A DNA stretch of 64,000 bases from positions 25,730,001 to 25,794,000 of the forward strand of contig CM022665.1 of the NCBI GenBank assembly GCA_012295275.1, in the 5' to 3' direction. Within the stretch, counting starts at the first letter, position 1; each line of letters starts with the position of its first letter. Shown here one piece after another: positions 58,269-64,000 of the stretch. Both the position numbers and the translations under genes were made by a program. The notes below the pieces were generated by a model. That model saw only the letters and a program-made list of their open reading frames with translations. It did no database searches and had not been told where the DNA came from. This DNA comes from Chrysomallon squamiferum. Taxonomy: Eukaryota; Animalia; Mollusca.

Positions 58269-59575
58269 TGTGAATATTCCTTATTAATCATTCCTTCTTT
58301 TTCAGTGAGAACACAGATTCAAGATTCCGTTTCATGATACATAATAAACAATACAAACATTATTAACTAAAAATATATATACTAAAATTCCTGTCAGTTA
58401 TTAATGTGTATCATATGTATGTATGTAAAATCATTTTGAGTTAAATTATGGAATATGTATTTGCATGAGTAAGAAGAGAATATTAATTAAATATATTCAA
58501 AATATAAATGTATACGTCTCTAAAAACTGTTTGCCATGTTAAATAAATGTATGTGTTAATAAATTTGTTAAAGTTTTAAAACATGTATTATATATGTGTG
58601 TGTGTGTATATATATATATAGTTTTCAAAGATACCTTTGGCGTTATAAAGAAATAGTCAAAATATGTTTTGCATACTTACGTATTCAGATATTGTCTTTA
58701 GTTTGCTTACTGCGGTCCAGTCTTGTATGACGAATAACAGTGAAATATTTCAGTTAAAAATGTGGTGTTGCCGCTGTTTCTCTGTAATCATCACAGAAGG
58801 GCGGATTGAAGTCCTCGAAAGTTTCTTCTGCTGTCAGAACAAAATATAACTGCGATGACAGGTCGCCCCAGAACAGTACAAATAGTGGAGGCTTGTAGAA
58901 TTTTATTACATAATTTATTCATAACTCCACAGGTACATTTTAAATCATAATGATATGTATTTATTAAAATTTTATATCTTTTATATTGCTATCAGTTTTT
59001 CTACTAAATGCCAAAAATACTTAAACAATACATGTAGCTAATAAAAACAAACAAACAAACAATTAAAAATTAAATAAATCATTAAAATTAATTTTAAAAC
59101 CCCCACACCTATATACTAATTATTATTGTTAAAAATAGCACCCTGGGGAATTTTTTATAATAATAATAATAATAATAATAATAATTCAAATGATTAAATA
59201 TCGTTTTTTCTTTCACGTTATATTAAAGTATCTAACAACAGAATTTGTAATATTCCACCAATTTTACAAATGTTCAGTGTGTCAAAGAAAAGTTTCTTGA
59301 AAACCGTTTTGAAATTTTTCCTCAAAACGGCGTAAACGGTGGGATTAACCATGGAACAGCTCAGGCCGAAAACTTGGGGGAAAAGGTTTTATGAATTCAA
59401 GTAGCCTAAATGCTTAAGAACAATGATTTGTTGTTGTTGTTGATGTATTTAAGTCCACCACAGGTCGCATAAGGCATCGTAAGAGAACGAAAGTAATAAA
59501 ACTAGACATCACTTTTGTAGTTTTGACTTGTCTCTCTTTCTCATGGCCATCAAACATTCAAAGACAAGAAGACGG

Positions 59576-59581
<6 letters not shown>

Positions 59582-59636
<55 letters not shown>
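59582..59636. repeat. (TTA)n microsatellite
   Basis: Directly visible; it produces the poly-Y and poly-L pseudo-ORFs at 59523 and 59528. Confidence 0.95.
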
Positions 59637-59637
<1 letters not shown>

Positions 59638-59937
59638 TTTTTTTTATGGATATAAGATATGTAGAATATCCTTATTTTACATCAAGGACGTGGAAAAATA
59701 TAAAAAATATAAATAAAAATACTTAAATAAATTCTAAATTGGAATAATTGTAAATACACACACGAAATAAAATAATATACGTCACATTTGTTTCTTCTTG
59801 ACCGGAAATTTTGACCTGTAATTGGAATGAAGCTAAAATTGAAACCCACAAACTAATAACTTAGCCGATAAAAATACACAGACCGGATCATACGATAACT
59901 TGTGAATGACATTTCGCAAACTGTTTCAGATTGTTTT

Positions 59938-59973
<36 letters not shown>

Positions 59974-61345
59974 TGATCGTTCCTGCTTTATATGTATTTT
60001 ACGCATGCATTTGAAGTGTATCTGTGGAGGTATGAATGAATGGTTTCATAAAATTATTTTTACTTCCAAGTTAATATTTTGTTTGGATGATAGGTCATCG
60101 TCCAAAAAAAAAAAAAAAAAAAAAAAAAAATTGTGACAATAAATATTTGTTATAAGACATTTGAACGCTGCTATTTTAGTGTTCACGTCATCTCTTATGT
60201 GGCAATTTGATTAGTATTTTTTAATTTTTAATTTGTTATTATTATTATTATTATTTTATTTATTTATTTATTTATTTTCCTGACGAAACTAGAAACTAGA
60301 GCAGACGTGTCCTATGGATGGCATCCGAAAGCTGAAAACTTGCGGCTGTAAGTTTTTTAAATTGTACTCTTTCGTTGTTTTACTTTGTTATTAAGACAAA
60401 AAAAAAAAAAAAAAAAAAAATCACATTCTTTGGAAATATGCAAAATATTATACTGTTTCTTTGTGACATTAAAGATTCGCGTTAAGTGACGCTGAAACAG
60501 CTAAGTATGTTACATAATAGTGGTAAATGGCTTGTTATTTGTAATTAGAACAAGGAATTTGACATGTATTTGTCCCCAGCAATGAAATCAATGTTGGTAT
60601 ATTTTTTTTAATTAAAAAAATTTCAGATGGTCAGACATATGATTAACAGAAACGTAAGACACGTTTTAAAACTATTTGTAAACAGTTTACAAAGGCATGC
60701 TGTGATAGGGAAAACAGTAAAAATATAATATAAATAACTGAGAAACTGATAAATCTGATTTTAAAATCAATACTAATGTAATATTGTATTGTAAAAAATG
60801 ATAAATAAAAATAATTAAAACAACAACAACAAAAGATATGGGTGATTCAAAAAAATATTATTGACATCCACTTCATCAAGTTCTGCATTCAACAATATGT
60901 TGACAGTCTTACATTTATTTTGTTCACCATAGGTTAACAAAATTATTAACAATGAAGAAATGTCTGGCAATAGTTTTAAATTATATTCATAATTATACAG
61001 ATTACAGATAGTGACCACAGTAAAATATTTTTTCACAAATTGATAAACCAGACATAATTGTACAGAAAATGGGCAAACATTAAAATCAATTGAAAGAATT
61101 AAACAAAAATACTACCATTCTAATATAAAAGATAAACAGCAGACACTAAACTTTTCTGTACTGATCTAGAAGTGTATACAAAAAACCTACAAATTAAAAA
61201 TACATCACTTAAAGTTTCCAGCACTCTGATATGTTTTTGTTTTTTTATTAGGAATAAAATATCAATTTATCTGGAACAAATAAACAATCCATCATAATCT
61301 CAAAACATGTTTTTTTTTTTGTTTATTTTTAAATGTTTCTTTTTA

Positions 61346-63407
61346 TCATATAAGTTTGTCTTCATCTCCAAATCTGTAATTTTTCCACACGTCATCGAAT
61401 ATATCTTTACAGTATAACGACATTTTAGTTTGTTACACAATAAGAAGGCTCCTGACATTTTCTTGTGTAAGGAATATGCTTCTTTTGGTGGAGGTGTAAG
61501 GCGATGTTTTATCATTACTGGTATCAAGTTTTGTATTCTGTTAGTGGTATTTTGTGTGCCAAAGTCAAACTCTCCATCCTTGGCAAATGATTCTCCAAGG
61601 ATCATCACAGCATCAACATGAGCTTCTTCCATAATCTGTGAAATTAAAATTAATTATTGTTATTATTATTATTATAAATAAAACATTAAAAAGTGTTTAT
61701 AATTAACAAATTCAAAAGTATTTTATTTTAAATAATTACTGAGAAAAACGGTGATCAAATCAGAAATACAATTATCCACTTGTGCTAATGTATAACAGTG
61801 ATTGGAATGATGTACATTTTTTTTTTTTTTCCAATGATTCATCAAAAGCTGGAACATGATAGTATGAACAAATAATAAAAATGTTCTGAATATGTCAGGT
61901 ATTCTGAAATGGACCTATTTTAGGGTAAAAATATAAAATGGTCAAATATATTGAAATTAAAATAATTTCATCTTTAAAGCAAAATAATAATAATAACAAT
62001 AATGAAAATAAAATAAAATTGACCAAGTCATTATTACATGATCAGTGAAAATATTTTCACTTAAAACAGATGTTTCAGGAATTCTAATCACTGGAACCCT
62101 CACACCCCGATATTTTGCATTTGCCAGTTTCCAGTTTATACGAAAAGTCAGCCACAGCACAGATTATAACATCTTTATAACATCTTTTAAATTAAATAAA
62201 AATAAATAAATAAATAAAATAAAATAAAATAAAATAAAATAAAATAAAATAAAATAAAATAAAATGTAAATAAGTTAACTACATTCATGTTTTTATTCTT
62301 TTTAGTTACAGGTGTTTACAGCATCTTTTAAATCAATAAAAACATCATTAGCAAAACAAAAAATAATAATAATTTGGAATTTTTGGACCAGAGTCAACAG
62401 CCAAAAAGAACACAGAAACATCAACAGCAGCTGAGAAGAGAACAAACAAACAGAACGCAACTAACACAGACCCGGTGATGACTAGGAGACCTTCAACGAA
62501 CTAGAAAAGTGCCAGAAACAACAAGGAGCGGAAAACATCAATGAAACATCACAACTGATTCATTACGATCCGATATGCTGGACACTCCCTTGTGTCCTGT
62601 AATCGTAACCAGAACCCATTCTCTTTCCTTAGCCAAAACTCTTTTCTGCGACAGACATGCAAGCTGACCTGTCAGAAAGCGTGTCTGTCGTAGACGTACT
62701 TCATGACAGCTTACTCTGATTAGCACGTTAATTTTTTTCACTTCACTTCACACACAGATTACCTTGGTTTCATATCCAGTAAGAAACCCAATTTCTCTTG
62801 ATCCTTTAAGGACTGCCTCTGTGTCACCTACTGTTGCACTTTTAATTATAGAAATGTATTTGTCGATAAATGGTTTTGGAAAATCTCTGCTTGCACCGAA
62901 ATCCAACAAATTTATCTGAAAAAACAAACAAATGAATACTCAAAAAACAACCCTACCAAGAAAAATAACAAAACCTAATAATAATAATTACAACAAAAAT
63001 AACAATAAAGTAATAATAATAAAAAAAAAAAAAAAAAATATTAAAATGTTCCATAAAGAAAAACAACTTAAATAAAATAAATGGCATTCAACATTAAACT
63101 TTCCAGCAACTGATTAAAAAAAAAATAATAATAAAAATAAAAATCGTAACACATCTCAAGTAAAATTCTTTCTAAATAATATCAAATTATGTTATAGTGT
63201 ACACTTTATTTTTTAGCAGTGACAAATTGATTAAAAAGACATAAAAATATATGTACTTTATTTTTTTGCAAATACATGAAATTTATACTATACACTTACT
63301 TTTCCTGTTTGGGGGTTGTAGTAAAAGTTGGACCAGTTTGGATCAGTTTGCATAACACGAAACTTGAACAATTCTATTAGACAGAGTTTCAGAATAGATT
63401 CACCAAG
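61346..63407 (-). CDS. COQ8: Atypical kinase COQ8 (ADCK3/4, UbiB family), last three exons (63407-63300, 62915-62763, 61635-61346); 5' part outside the window; apparent 1-nt frameshift near 61416
   Basis: [85 protein letters not shown] match COQ8A/B. The conserved tail [12 protein letters not shown] appears in a shifted frame ending in TGA TAA. Confidence 0.94.
62192..62264. repeat. (TAAAA)n / (TAAA)n simple repeat in the last COQ8 intron
   Basis: Directly visible. Confidence 0.9.
62645..62694 (+). other. GC-rich near-perfect hairpin in the last COQ8 intron
   Basis: TCTGCGACAGACATGC pairs with GCGTGTCTGTCGTAGA (16 bp, two G-U pairs on the + strand). It encloses an AAG/AAA internal loop and CTGAC-CT-GTCAG. 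Confidence 0.7.
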
Positions 63408-64000
63408 CTGAAATGAGATATATATAAAACATAATTAAGAACAATATTAATAATTCAGTACAAAATATTAGTTTTTAATAACAATCAGAGTAATTCAGAA
63501 AAAGATCTACAGAAAGAAAAATTTACAATTAAAAATAATCTTAGAAATATGGTTTATATTCTAATTGTGAAATGTAAATAAATAAATAATTAAATAAATA
63601 AAAAAATAGAAAATTAAATAAATAATAAAAAATAATAATCTCTGTTCAAATCATCTAACAGTTTTCTTTTTAAAAATATTTTATTTTATTATTTTTTATA
63701 CATTAAATATTCTAAAATTAATTTTTAAATATATAACCACATTATGTTAAAAATTAAGACAGTAACTGTAAAATCAGCCATCAATACTGTCTTTACGACT
63801 TATCAATGTGACTGTTATTAATGTATTTATAATACATTTACTGTTATGTATTTAGTTCTTACTGCTGTCCAGAAGTAAAAAGTAATTATAAACTACATCA
63901 ACAGTAGGTCATAACCTCCCTCCACTACCCATAAAAATAAAAAATAAAAAATAAATAAATAAATAATATAAAACAAAATAAAAATAATATACATTTCAAG

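Noticed and set aside
59523-59726. Poly-Tyr and poly-Leu ORFs
   Set aside because: Translation artefacts of a (TTA)n microsatellite.
60280-60340. CTGACGA...GGATGGCATCC GAAA hammerhead-like fragments
   Set aside because: The core elements do not flank the same stem II, and no stem I/III pairing was found.
58300-61000. PEX13 head-to-head with PUS10, as in human
   Set aside because: No PEX13-like N-terminal PPKPWE or SH3 exon could be read in the interval.
61300-61345. COQ8 C-terminus as given by the ORF track (ending KKKNMF at 61300)
   Set aside because: Low-complexity read-through into the UTR; the conserved tail is in the shifted frame ending at 61346.

Overview
AT-rich eukaryotic (animal) genomic DNA. 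Protein style suggests a lophotrochozoan, probably a mollusc; this is inference. Six multi-exon genes were reconstructed by hand from splice sites and recognisable protein sequence: the 3' end of BCKDHA (+), a complete Rel/dorsal-class NF-kB factor (+, 12 coding exons, ~559 aa), AIDA (-, 10 coding exons, ~293 aa), Son of sevenless (+, 23 exons, ~1262 aa), PUS10 (-, 19 exons, ~499 aa) and the 3' end of COQ8/ADCK3-4 (-). Most short ORFs in the supplied track are exon fragments or noise. Main points of interest: (1) two MITE copies in SOS introns that closely resemble the mammalian Tigger4/MER46 non-coding sequence, one nested inside a decayed pogo transposase; (2) a clear U12 minor intron in PUS10 and a GC-AG intron in SOS; (3) an apparent 1-nt frameshift in the last COQ8 exon; (4) Rel-PUS10 linkage and a gene set matching the human 1q/2p/11q13/14q/19q13 paralogon; (5) a compact AIDA/SOS bidirectional promoter with NRF1/YY1/ETS motifs and uORFs; (6) a kB site in the Rel promoter; (7) several foldback/MITE elements and an unexplained CpG-rich block upstream of PUS10. 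No prokaryotic-type system (CRISPR etc.) is present.
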